Shown one piece after another: positions 13,597-24,666 of a stretch of 46,748 nucleotides of DNA. The stretch covers positions 1 through 46,748 of the forward strand of contig NW_027191517.1 of assembly GCF_011745625.1 (NCBI RefSeq), read 5' to 3'. This stretch comes from Cladosporium halotolerans. Lineage: Eukaryota. Positions within the stretch are counted from its first letter, which is position 1. Every line of letters starts with the position of its first letter. The notes beneath the pieces were generated by a model. The model saw only the letters and a list, made by a program, of their open reading frames with translations. It made no database searches and had not been told where the DNA came from. The translations under genes and the position numbers were made by a program.

Positions 13597-14876
13597 TGCG
13601 GCAGATGCACATTCAACGGTCTGACGAAAACCACTTGGGGGTGGTCTTTTGACAGCAAAAGTCGGAGTGTCGAGCAGTCAATACGGGTCCGACCGCGTGC
13701 GGTTGAAAAGCTTCCGGGCCTGAATACAGGAAGCAGCTAGGGAAGGAGTACCAGATGCCGGTTGCGCCAGGTAGTCATGTAGTGACAGACTGTCGAAGCA
13801 GTCACATGTCGCCCCTCTTTCCCTCTGGAAATTTCGCCGCTTCGCTGCCTTGCCAAGCAATGGTTTCTGCGGCGACGAGTATCCGGCTCTCGATAGACGC
13901 TGGAAAAAGGCGTCGCAACGTCTCCGTCCAAGAAGTGCGAGCCACTTGGGAGCGCATTGTAGCATCTGCACTTTTTGACAGCTCCGAAGCTATCCTGTCC
14001 TTATATCCGAGTGGTGCCAGGCTAAATGACGAAGACAACGGGCCGCGGACGAGATTGCCATCAAGCATGTCGGGGGTTTGCTGTCACCGGCCGCGAAAAT
14101 CTATGTTGGTCTTTACGCCTTAGCGATGACCTTCCGCCCGAACCGTTCGTTTTGGAGTGTTCTGAGATTGTACAAGGCTGAGCACGCACAAGACCGCTTT
14201 ACATGAAGTATCATTTTCATACCAACCAGGACGAGTTGACAGTGCAGCGAGGCTTGGCATTCAGATATTATGCTATCGACAGAGACATCAAGAAGGTAGA
14301 GAGATTTTGTCGAAGACGATAATGCTGCTGAAATTGAGGAGATGGACGAAAGAAACTACCCGCGGCGGATTTCACTCGAATCCAACACTACATTCTACAG
14401 AACTCGCGCATGAGAGTGATCGGCATCGGAGAGCATACTGTCTAGCAGGAAGCGTTAAAGCCCAGGTTGGGATGGGACAACGGGTGAAGCATGCGGAATG
14501 AGAGGCTTAAGGAGTGCGGATGGAAGAGCGATATGGGGAGAGGATAGGTGGAAGACCCAGCAATAGCAGGGCAGCACGCGATACTGAACATATTCTCTTA
14601 CAGTAAAGGATAACTAGCGATAGAGACTTCTATACTTACTCGTATAATCATCGCGATGAAAATGACATGGCTAGGAACTATTGAATGTAGGAATTTCTTA
14701 CGCTACATTCTCTGAGGACAATAAAACTTGCTAAGCGTTGATCAATTCCTCCCCTACAGTTCAAGCCCATCATCGCAAGACCGCGTGCCGAATTTTAGCA
14801 CAACAACTCGCCTGTTGCAACAAACACTTCCTAACGTCTCACTTGGCCTTTCAACATCGCACTTATTCCTCGTTCC

Positions 14877-16631
14877 TCAGAAGTGAGGTGTGTTCAACGC
14901 CATCAAACACAAAAGCCCAGAGATGAGTGCTACGCAGGGCAATGTGAGCACCCATCCAATGAAAATGAACCCCAACTGTCGCCAATTGACAGCTCCCAGA
15001 TCATAATTCATCAAAGCAACGCCCATTGACGCACCAACCAGGCTTTGCGTGGTCGAAACCGGAAGTCCAAGCCTTGAAGCAATGAGAATAGTGATGGCAG
15101 CACCCAGCTCAATAGCAAAGCCGCGAGTTGGGCTCATTTGAGTAATCTTGTTACCAAGCGCGCGAACGATATGGTATCCGTAGCACCAAAACCCAAGACC
15201 GAGAAGCAGGGCAGCGACGGCGAACAGCCAAACCGGAGTATCAGACTCCGTTGCCACAGCACCCTCAATGTATGTCTGATATACAGCAGCCCATGGACCG
15301 ACGGCATTAGCAACGTCGTTGCTGCCGTGCGCGATGGACATCATAGCCGCTGACATGACTTGGCAATAGGTCCAAAGGTGCTCGACTCGAATATCGTAAC
15401 GGTGTGCGCGGCCATGAATGGCGCGAAGAAGGCTTGAATCGTGCGTTACGACATCACGAGTCACCCCCTGAAGGAGGATATACTTCAACCAGCCCCACCA
15501 CTTCAAAGGGTTGAACCAGGATAACCCTTCAATCGGTGAAAGGAAGCGCTCTTCAGGTTCGACTACCATTTTGGAATTCGGTTCCATGTTTGGTGCAGTA
15601 TTGACTTCGCAATCTTTAGGCTGATCAGTCCGGATGCCTTGTTCAGTCGAGCGGTCCTGGCTAGGCTGATCGGTATGAGATCCGTTTTCGGAGAGATTTT
15701 GTACGCCACGGAAAGCAGACGCTTTGGCTTCGTCATGCTTGCCTGCTTGTGCATTGCCGTAAGCGTCCTTGTAGTAGTCCTTTACGTATTCATCTCCTTT
15801 ACCGGGCCAGAATAGCTGAACATCGTCCTTGCGAAGAAGTGGGCCCATAACAATATGCCAGACACGGAGCCTCGTATCCTTCTTGATCAACTTGCGCTCG
15901 AAGAATGGCATGAAGAAAACGTAGACGATGACTGAAACGCCAACAAAAATCCCTAGGATGATTCCGACAATTTGGCCGGCTCCGAAATCCTCGAGCTCGC
16001 CAGCGGCTGGGGCCTCAACAATGAGGAAGAGGGCCAGAATAGCGGCAGTGGCAGCAATGTACACAGGGATCAAGCGCATGGCCCACTTGAAACTGTCTTT
16101 TCGATCGAGTACGGAGTACTTGACAGTTGCGAATATAAGGGCAGAAAAAGCGGCAGCGATAGCAGGGGCGATCACCCACGAGGCTGCGACTTGCGACACG
16201 CTGCCACTTTCCCAAGCCCAAGTGATCGGTGACTGAGCCGCGAAACCGACACCGACCAAGCTGCCCACAACCGTGTGTGTGGTAGACACAGGAAAGCCGA
16301 GGTGAGTAGCAATGAGAAGCCAAGCAGCATTGCCGACCTCTGCACAGCCCATTGCCAACATAAGCGTGCCGGGTCGCCCTTCGAAACGGCCAATAGATAT
16401 GATGCCATTTTTAATAGTGTCAGTGACACGACTGCCCAGAGCTACAGCACCAATGAACTCCGTAAAAGTAGCAAGAACACCAGCTTGAGACATTGTGAGT
16501 GTCCTGGCGGCTACAGACGTTGCATATGAGTTGGCGACGTCGTTCGCACCGTTGCCAAAGGCAGCACAGGCGAAGGCGATTGTGGTGATTGCAAGAATCC
16601 AGTCGTATCGAGCAGTAGCCGGAGGAGCCAT
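14877..16631 (-). CDS. PHO89: PiT-family Na+/phosphate symporter (Pho89-like), intronless, 584 aa
   Basis: Both PiT signature repeats (GNGANDVANSYATSV and HGSNDVANAVGP), plus PVSTTH and GLPVSTTQ. Confidence 0.93.
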   Translation of the reverse strand: MAPPATARYDWILAITTIAFACAAFGNGANDVANSYATSVAARTLTMSQAGVLATFTEFIGAVALGSRVTDTIKNGIISIGRFEGRPGTLMLAMGCAEVGNAAWLLIATHLGFPVSTTHTVVGSLVGVGFAAQSPITWAWESGSVSQVAASWVIAPAIAAAFSALIFATVKYSVLDRKDSFKWAMRLIPVYIAATAAILALFLIVEAPAAGELEDFGAGQIVGIILGIFVGVSVIVYVFFMPFFERKLIKKDTRLRVWHIVMGPLLRKDDVQLFWPGKGDEYVKDYYKDAYGNAQAGKHDEAKASAFRGVQNLSENGSHTDQPSQDRSTEQGIRTDQPKDCEVNTAPNMEPNSKMVVEPEERFLSPIEGLSWFNPLKWWGWLKYILLQGVTRDVVTHDSSLLRAIHGRAHRYDIRVEHLWTYCQVMSAAMMSIAHGSNDVANAVGPWAAVYQTYIEGAVATESDTPVWLFAVAALLLGLGFWCYGYHIVRALGNKITQMSPTRGFAIELGAAITILIASRLGLPVSTTQSLVGASMGVALMNYDLGAVNWRQLGFIFIGWVLTLPCVALISGLLCLMALNTPHF

Positions 16632-16845
16632 AGCGGGCTGTGGGAAGCAAAACCTTGCGTGGTAGGAGGTTCAGTATGAAGTATACACAAAAATGGACTG
16701 AAAGAAGTGTTCATTTATATCCGTAATATCGAACTTCGCATAGGCTTTGTCTTCTAGTATTCACACGCAGCTTCCCTTGGTCAAGACTAACCGCGACGGA
16801 GACATGGCAGCTGGCATATAACAATTTAGTAGCGAATACTTCCGC

Positions 16846-16851
16846 CACGTG
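16846..16851. promoter_or_regulatory. CACGTG E-box (candidate Pho4/NUC-1/PalcA site) upstream of PHO89; further copies at 17616, 11215 and 8889
   Basis: Exact CACGTG 215 bp upstream of the PHO89 ATG. PHO regulon genes are known to use this element. Confidence 0.5.
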
Positions 16852-18429
16852 TATCGTCTGTTGACAGCTAAGTGGTGCCTTTGTGTTCATGCCAAGGAGG
16901 CCAAGATTGATCGGGCTCTAACAGGGCTCTCCTTTTTGTTTTTCTCTTCTCGTGAAACAGGGTTGGTGACATTCCACCGAAGCAGGCGGCCTTACTGTTA
17001 CATGTAACGACGAGGCGGCCGGCGCTATTCAGAACCGTAGGAAGACGTCATTTTTCGCCTGCGCAGCAATCGACGAATGTTGTATGAGTTCCAAAACACT
17101 TGCGCAGAGTGTGCATAGAATAGCATAGAATGGCGAGACGTTGTAAGGCAAGAATATTGGACGCGGTGACAAAGTCTGGAAGTGGTGACATGCCGCCCCG
17201 CTTTCCGCCTTCATCAGTTCCGCTGCCTAGCCAAGGAACTATTCCTACAACATAGAGCACCCACATCCTCAAGAAGATCCAAGCCGTCGCTATCCCGGCT
17301 TAACTATATCTAGGGCCAATCAAGTTGATGTGGTGACATTTACGCGTCTTGGATAGAATTAAGGTTGTCCTGTCAATCCTGTTCACGCTTTCGAGTCATG
17401 GTAGGCTGTAAGACGAGGACGTTTGGCACTCACAGGCATGTCACCGGCAACTGCATAGTTAGTGGTCACTGAACATCAATACCAGAATCGCGTGTCTCCC
17501 CACTTGGTGACGGCATCTCAACGTGACCTAGTGCTCCGCATTCACGGCAAGTAGAATAATCGTGTTCACGCGGGCCGGGGACGGGTGAAGGAGTATCGCT
17601 CGCAAGGGATATGGTCACGTGATATTAATTCCGATTAACGCTGATAAAATCTATTTTGAACTCCGCAAGAGGCATTTGGAGGTCGACTATTGTTTATGCG
17701 GATTCCGGTAAGGAGAGGAGTTGAGAATGACCTCCTATTCACTGATTCGGTTGCTAAAAATGCCGTCATTGAATTTCACCCGTGACGACTTGCGAATCAT
17801 GTAGCACTTACAGAGGTAGCTGGAATAATTAGCGACATCGATAGACGGTTGCCTACGGCTGCCGTGCATGCTCTGAGACGCTTCAACGTTTTGTGTTTAA
17901 ACATAGATACAGGCAATTTCTAGAGTGGAGGCAGTGAATAGAGTGGAGGCCGTAAAATGATGGAGGAGCTTGCGAGTAGATTTAACGTGAACTTGCTATG
18001 AATTGTGTACAAGCACGATTAGCGGGTGAGCCATGGGCAGATTGGGATGCCTCAAGGGTGCATTGTCACTTATGTCTAAATTTGAAAAGCCTCGAGCTCC
18101 TCATTCAGCACATCGGATAGCTTGCGACTTACCATTCGAGGCCAACCTAGCAATTGCTCCTTGCCTAGCACAAAACAAGTATGAACTTCGATGATGATGA
18201 TGATTTCCATTCGCTATGCACGGAGAGCATGTGAGCTGTCCCCGAAAGCCGTGTACGTCGGTAATTGCCGGCATTCGGGCGGGTGTGACTTCATCACGCG
18301 GGGTGAAGCTAACTCTACGCCACTAGCGCCTTGAGAGAAGAGAATGTCACTCTAGATGGTCACACGACAGATAAGACAAATAGGCTGGCTAACAGCCCCA
18401 CCCTACACTAATTTTATTAGCACGTCTCA

Positions 18430-20142
18430 ATGAAAACCCTAGGCTCTAGTACAGAAGCGTGCAGCGGGATCAACTTCTCTGTCAGACATCTAACAACTGC
18501 ATCGTGGTCAATAATGCAGAACACTCGGTTGCGCGTTGAAATTTTCGAACAAACACATTCGCAACTATGCCGCAAAGCACACCCAGGCTCCGCTTCGGTA
18601 TGGAGTACCGGAGAGCGACTGGAAGGGAAGATCTTCGTGACCGGACCACCAGACTTGCAACTTGGGAAATTGGCCGTCTCGTTCCTAGGCACGTTTCGCT
18701 AGAATGAATTTTATCTTTCCGAACGCTACTACTGACGCTTAATAGGTCATATTCGCGTGTGGACACTTATACTAAGCTCGGAAGGGATACCACACTTCAG
18801 AAGGGCCACGTACAAGGTAAGCCTTTATGGGAGGCAGAATGCTGTCGATGTTAACCCGGTGATATCTAGTTCCTACACCAAAGCCTTGATGTCCCTAATC
18901 TCAGGAAGCATGCGGTAACAGACGAAGGGCTCGTGGAGCACACCTCGTCATTTAGTCTGACGATACCAGACCACACTGTCACCGAAGTCGATGGCGTGCC
19001 CGACCAGTGCTTACTACTACCTCCTAGTATAACTGTAGGGGATATACTTGATGGAAAGGACGGCGAAAAGTTCGCGCAGCCAAAGATTGAGTACAGGATC
19101 CGCGCAGTCATGAAATCGCCGTCTTTTGACGGTCATAGCGCTTCTGATGTACGGAACGATCACGAAGTGTCCGTACTGCCTTGCAGAGAGCCTTTACCTC
19201 CAATTGACACAACTGACTTTCCGGACGAGTTCATTAACTCTGACACTCATTTATTTCGGTCCTCTTACTTCGGTTCCACGTACCAGATGACGCTTTCCAC
19301 GACTGAGCCCACTCCCATGTCTGGAATCCCGAAGACGCCGTATAGTGCCACTAGCTTGCGCCTCCATGTTCGGATCCAGCTTCCCACTTCTAAGAGAGAT
19401 TGTGGCCTACGGACCTTGTGCAATATCTTGAAGGACCTACGATTCCACATGCGGTTTTCTCTACGTGCAAAAACGTTCCATTCAATCAGGCCATTTCCTC
19501 AGATGCCAGGGTATGCGATGGTAGGCTCAGATTACCCACCGGATTTGCACGAGTCGGTCTTCATAATCCAGACAGCCGAAATGGTTTCGAGTTCTTGGCA
19601 ACCGCACTTCTACTCGGAAACGCCGCAACGAGAAGATCTCCAGCACTTCGTTCCAGCATCTTTGTGCAGCAACGGCTCGCAGCCGCCAGGAGCAAAACCC
19701 ATCAACGGGCTTTCGTTCGTCCAAGACGATGCCATTACGCTCACAATCGACGCATGGGAGACTACCTTGGACGTTCCACTGCGCACCAAAGAATTCTTGA
19801 CGCCCACTTTCTGCAGCGCCATTGCCTCACGCCAATATAGCCTTGAAGTGCGTGTTAAAGTGAAAGGAGGTCCGTCAAAAGAATTTCTGCTCGAGGTGCC
19901 GTTACAAGTCCACTGCAGGCCAAGCTCCAGCGAGTCAAGCCCAGCTGGCATGTCCCGGGCAGCATTAGGAAATCAGCCCGAAAGTAGTGGGAGACCTAGT
20001 ACAGGTGACCGCGAACTAAGCGATCTCTGGAACGACGATGCGGTACGTATTTACCGATAGTGCACTTCAATGCGCGGTCCGTTAACTGACGGTGACTTTT
20101 ATGGGGCCAAAGCTTGAAGAACGACTTCCAGAATACTCTTGA
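18430..20142 (+). CDS. Alpha-arrestin / Bul1-like ubiquitin-ligase adaptor; introns 18689-18745 (GC-AG), 18817-18869, 20043-20112; start uncertain
   Basis: SVWSTGERLEGKIFV…VSFLG, YKFLHQ, LLPPS, KIEYRIRA and LTPTFCSAIASRQYSLEV are arrestin-fold motifs. The spliced C-terminus LEERLPEYS* carries a PY-type LPxY motif. Confidence 0.75.
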
Positions 20143-20479
20143 TTGGCGTTGGGTTGTCTGACATCCCAATAGACTATTGTAATTTTCAAGGGCTGTCGCG
20201 AAGGCTGGTTGAAAAGCTCCATTCCCTTAAGAGCGGTAGTGGAGCCAACGAATTGGAAGTGTTGAAACCATGGCCTTCAGCGGGAAGAGGAGCATTCTTG
20301 ATAGCGGGAGATTTGGTGGTGCGGACATTGCATTCCCGATCGGGGCAGGCGGAAGTTTGGGCCACGAGGTCTCGATAAAGTGAATATCCCTCCCCAGATC
20401 AGCCTGAACGCCCATCTTCGTAGCGGCTGAGTCAAGCGTGATGAGTGGCGGATGCTGTGCTGTCATAACGTGTAGGTTA

Positions 20480-21106
20480 GCTCAGGGATCAATTATTTGG
20501 CTGTGCCATTGCCGTCCCTGATGTTTTGAGCGGCGTGGCCTCGTGGCTGCGGGCCCGCTATCGAGAAGGATTTGCTGCCACGTCCCTCAAACACTCACCT
20601 CCGCCGTCTCCGCAATCAGCCACGCATCATTGGAATAAGGCTTCGGACGAAAACAAAGCCGATAACCCAGGCCAACGAGGATGCCTTAGGTGATTATAAG
20701 CTACCGAATACGATCCACAAAGCCAGCCGTAACGTAGGCACTAGTTTATAGCGCAGCGCCGATAGCCATAGTTACGAATCTGACGAAGCGGTGGGTGAGC
20801 TCTATTATAACCACGGCGGCAATCATCGCGAAGGAGAAGTTGAAGCTACTAAAAAGCGCAAATTCCAACTCCGAGACGTCGGGATAGCGTTCAGTGCGCA
20901 AGTAGTAGGAAAATCATACACCGAAGGAATATATCTGGAGGTGAGTTATGTGATACATATTCGGGTATATGGATTGATGTTGCACGTACCGCTACCGCAC
21001 CCCACGTGGAAAAGTTTATTCGAATTAATGAGACGACACACACCCAGCCGTAGCCACCGTCTAGTGGCGCCACGCTGGCTTTGTTAGTGTTAATAGTGGG
21101 TGGCAT
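20480..21106 (-). pseudogene. MFS monocarboxylate-porter pseudogene, copy 2 (5' fragment)
   Basis: APLDGGYGWVCVVSLIRINFSTWGAVA. DNA at 20690-20900 aligns by eye with 13190-13400. Contains in-frame stops and TpA-generating changes. Confidence 0.8.
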
Positions 21107-21825
21107 AAGAGAAAGGAATTGGACGGGTCTTTAGTGAAGGTCATGACTCGCACTCGAATCTATTGCGAACAACGATCTGTTAGCGAGACACTACACTCAC
21201 CTTCGGTCGACTGATCATGCCCAACATGAATTACAAGAATGAGAGAGAAAAAGGGGGACCGAAGAAGCGCCTGATGCACTCATTTCCCGCGTGGCTGCAC
21301 ACAGTGACGGACTATCGCAAAAATGACAATCGCAGTGACATGCCGCCCCACCTCTCCAGTACGTGTTTTTTAAATCCTGGGGTGGGTGGCGCAATTAGCC
21401 CCGCAACCCGTTCAGAACCCGTGATGTATCGATGGGAGGCCGGGTTACAGTGGCCATGACAAACGTCACATATGCAATAAAGACATAGCACATCTATCTT
21501 ATACTTTTGCAATACGTCATATATTCTCAAATCTCTCGATTATTGAAAGCGCTCAGACCGCTGCTAAAGAAGCTAGCGATGGCCAAGCGAAAGGCTGCCG
21601 CCGAAGGCCGTCCGATCTGCGAAGAGATAGTAGCTGGCATGCGTGAAGCTGAAGCACCCTCTTTGCGGCTTACGTGAATGAAGGGCGAAGGGATGGTAAC
21701 GTTTGGGCTATCGCCGAGCCCCAAGTCTACTATGGCAGTCTCCTTCGCTGGCGCGGGGCTTGGGTGCGGAAGCGTTCACCCGCTTTGCTTCGACAAAATT
21801 TTCATTCGCCCCGCTTTTGCCGATA

Positions 21826-23955
21826 GAAGTCTTGGACAGTCCGTGCACGCGGACAGTCAATGCACGCGTCGCGCGTCGCATCTAACATGGGAGACACCAA
21901 TACTCACGCTGCCAATCCAGGCTGAATCTACTTGAAACTCACGTCACAAGCTCTCCAATGGGTTTTCGACCATTCTATTTATTTTCAGTCTAAAAGATGC
22001 TCTGGTGCTCGAATGATTCTTCCCGACCTCGATCTGAGCTGTGTTGCTCCCTCTGTCGCATTTGGAGGTTGCTCTACGAGTACAGGCTCTGTGGGTGCCG
22101 GTTGTTTCTTTGGTCTTCCTCTTGGCCTCTTGCTTTGAGTCTCCAGAGCTGATTTGGCCTGTTTCTGGGCCTTTTTAGCTGCTTTATCTGCTTCCCTCTG
22201 AGCCGTCTTCAATGCCTTGGCTGCTTTGCGAGCAGCTTGAGCTATGGCTCTGTCATCGCGCCTCTTCTGAGCCTCCTGCTCCTTCCGAGCCTTTGCGAGG
22301 GCCCTCTCTCGGATTCTCTGCTCTTTGTCCTCTCGCTCTCGCTCCTTTTCTTGCTCCCTGCGGTCCTGAAGCTCAACGGCAGCTTTCACCTTGCCAGGGC
22401 TGAACAAAATCGAGCCAGAACCCTCCTCAGCTCTGAATTGCTCAATCAGCTTCTTGCCACGTTTCCTCCTCTTCTTCTCATGCCTCAGAGCCTCGATTGC
22501 CTGTTGTCTACCAAGTTTCTCGAGGGTTGCCTCTGCTCTGCTCTTCTGGAGGTCATCACTGAGTCTCTTGATGACTTTTTGGGTCTTCCGGTCCACGGTC
22601 TTGTTGATGAGCGTCCTTAGCTTTCTCATTCCGGAAGGAGAGTCCCAATAAGCAGGAGGACTGCTTGATAGCATTCTGCTAAGCCCTCTCCGTGCTGATT
22701 CTCTCTGGTTTCTTGGCCTCATCTTGTCAAGCACCAAGGCTGGTTCAAAGGGAAACAGGCCAGTCTTGCTCCAGCTGGAAGCGATGTTCCTATCTGTGAA
22801 CGCTTTGTGCCAAGCTGGATAGAAGCATTTGAAGAAATCTCTTTTGGTCATTCTAGTCTGGCCTTCCGAGAGCCTAGTCTGCTGTTCGAGCAGCTGACTA
22901 TAATAGGTGGCCAGAGGAGCAAAACAACCGACATCCAAAGGCTGTAGTCTATGTGTAGAATGGGGAGGATACACAGCTACAAGGATCTTGTGCTGTTGAG
23001 CCCATTCGAGGAACTTCAAGGTGACATGGGATCCATGACCATCAACAAATAACAGCCTCCAAGCCCTCCCAGCTTTTGCCTGGGTGTTCTTGTCGAATAA
23101 GGCCTCCAGCCACTTGAAACCGATCTCATCAGAAGTCCAGCCACTCGGTGAAGATGTGAACCAAGCATGGTGCTCGTTAGAGTTGAAGTCTTGCACCCAT
23201 GAGTCTTGGATGGATCCAGATGTGCTGTCATAGATCAAGAGAGGAGGTAAAGCTGTTCCATCGGCACAAATTGTGGCTACAACGGTGATCCACTCTCGCG
23301 ATCCATCTTGACCAACCCCAAGAAGCTTGTCGGAGGCTCGGAGGTCTTTTGGAAAGACTCGTTTGGCTTTAGTGATCCTTCCGATGAGAAAGCCCTTCTC
23401 GTCCATATTGTAGATGTTCTCAGGCAGTATCTTGTATTCCTCCATTTTCTTGCCAAGAATGGAGAAGTACTGCTCATAAGAAGCCATGGAGTCAGCGTGG
23501 TGCCTCTCGAAATCCAGACTGTTGAGATATCTCGAGTCAAGTTCATCCTTATGTCTTTTGACGAACCGTGAGCACCACTTTCCTCCTGGGACCCTACCTG
23601 CTAGACGGGAAGCGATATCAACCATTATTGCTGGTGTAGGTGGAAGGCATCGATCACAGAGCTGTCTTATGTGCTGTATAAGCTGCTGCTCTTGCTGGTT
23701 GTTAAGAAACCTCTTGTCTTCGACCGCTTGGGCCCTAGTGTTAGTGACACCCTTCCATCTTCTGCTGAGAGTCGTGCGCTTTATCCCGTACTTTCTAGCG
23801 ACAGCGGCTATGCAAGGCGACTCTGAAGAATTCAATTCTGCGAGCGCTGCTTCCATTGATGCGAGGTTGGGGAATGACAGGTAATTGAACGCGTCTTGTT
23901 TACGACGCGCGACGCGTGCATTGACTGTCCGCGTGCACGGACTGTCCAAGACTTC
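21826..23955 (-). mobile_element. Fot1/pogo (Tc1-mariner) DNA transposon, complete, 2130 bp
   Basis: Perfect 53-bp TIRs (21826-21878 and 23903-23955) flanked by TA duplications (21824-21825 and 23956-23957). Confidence 0.97.
21985..23856 (-). CDS. Fot1-type DDE transposase, 623 aa, intact
   Basis: HTH (AVARKYGIKRTTLSRR), CENP-B-like HTH, YNMDEKGF, LLFVDGHGSH, PPHSTHRLQPLDVGCF and a C-terminal AT-hook RPRGRPK. Confidence 0.95.
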   Translation of the reverse strand: MEAALAELNSSESPCIAAVARKYGIKRTTLSRRWKGVTNTRAQAVEDKRFLNNQQEQQLIQHIRQLCDRCLPPTPAIMVDIASRLAGRVPGGKWCSRFVKRHKDELDSRYLNSLDFERHHADSMASYEQYFSILGKKMEEYKILPENIYNMDEKGFLIGRITKAKRVFPKDLRASDKLLGVGQDGSREWITVVATICADGTALPPLLIYDSTSGSIQDSWVQDFNSNEHHAWFTSSPSGWTSDEIGFKWLEALFDKNTQAKAGRAWRLLFVDGHGSHVTLKFLEWAQQHKILVAVYPPHSTHRLQPLDVGCFAPLATYYSQLLEQQTRLSEGQTRMTKRDFFKCFYPAWHKAFTDRNIASSWSKTGLFPFEPALVLDKMRPRNQRESARRGLSRMLSSSPPAYWDSPSGMRKLRTLINKTVDRKTQKVIKRLSDDLQKSRAEATLEKLGRQQAIEALRHEKKRRKRGKKLIEQFRAEEGSGSILFSPGKVKAAVELQDRREQEKEREREDKEQRIRERALAKARKEQEAQKRRDDRAIAQAARKAAKALKTAQREADKAAKKAQKQAKSALETQSKRPRGRPKKQPAPTEPVLVEQPPNATEGATQLRSRSGRIIRAPEHLLD

Positions 23956-24666
23956 TAAGTAATCCTTCGCTGTTATCGACTAGATGCGAGCAATTTGCAA
24001 ATGATTTCTTTGCAGCTTTCTCAAGGCTGAAATCGCGGCAGACTCGCTCTGAGATGTGTAGTATGTCTCGAACTCCAACCTTTTTCCTGCACGCCCTCTT
24101 GCGGAGTACACTGTTCTCATGCGCCTGCGCCTGGGAACAGCGTGGGCCCGCTCGGAAGCGGTGATACTCGTGGTGTGCACGTGATGTTGTATCCGAAGGA
24201 TTCCCGTGAAAAATGTCCTGTCACGGCGCTTCGAGATAAGAGCCAGCAACCCGGAAGCCTCTAAAGTTTTGCTGTACCTAATTATCGGTAGTCACCAGAA
24301 CAGACAGGAACGCATCGGGATATGCATGACCCCGGTTTCAGGGACGTGAAGCTCGTCCTGCTTGGGTTTTGTTATGCAGTCGGTACACTACTTCTCCTGC
24401 TGGCTGGACGTGAAGTAGCCAGCGTGTACGCGGCTTTATGGCTAACATCAGACCGGAAGAAACCATTTACGGCCTTCGTTTTCGGAGCTAGACGACAAGC
24501 TATGCACTGGAAAGTATGAGACTTCGAACTTGGCCGCGGATGTCCAGGACATGGCTGAAATTTCTGGTAGAAGACGAATATCAATCTCAACTCGTGTATT
24601 CAATAGTACAACGGATGCCTTCTTGTGCACAAGTCTGCGGGACCCGCAGCCTGCCAAAAACTCGCC

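Noticed and set aside
23857..23949. N-terminal 31 aa of the 654-aa transposase ORF in the track
   Set aside because: Starts at a non-ATG codon inside the TIR; the ATG at 23856 is the plausible start.
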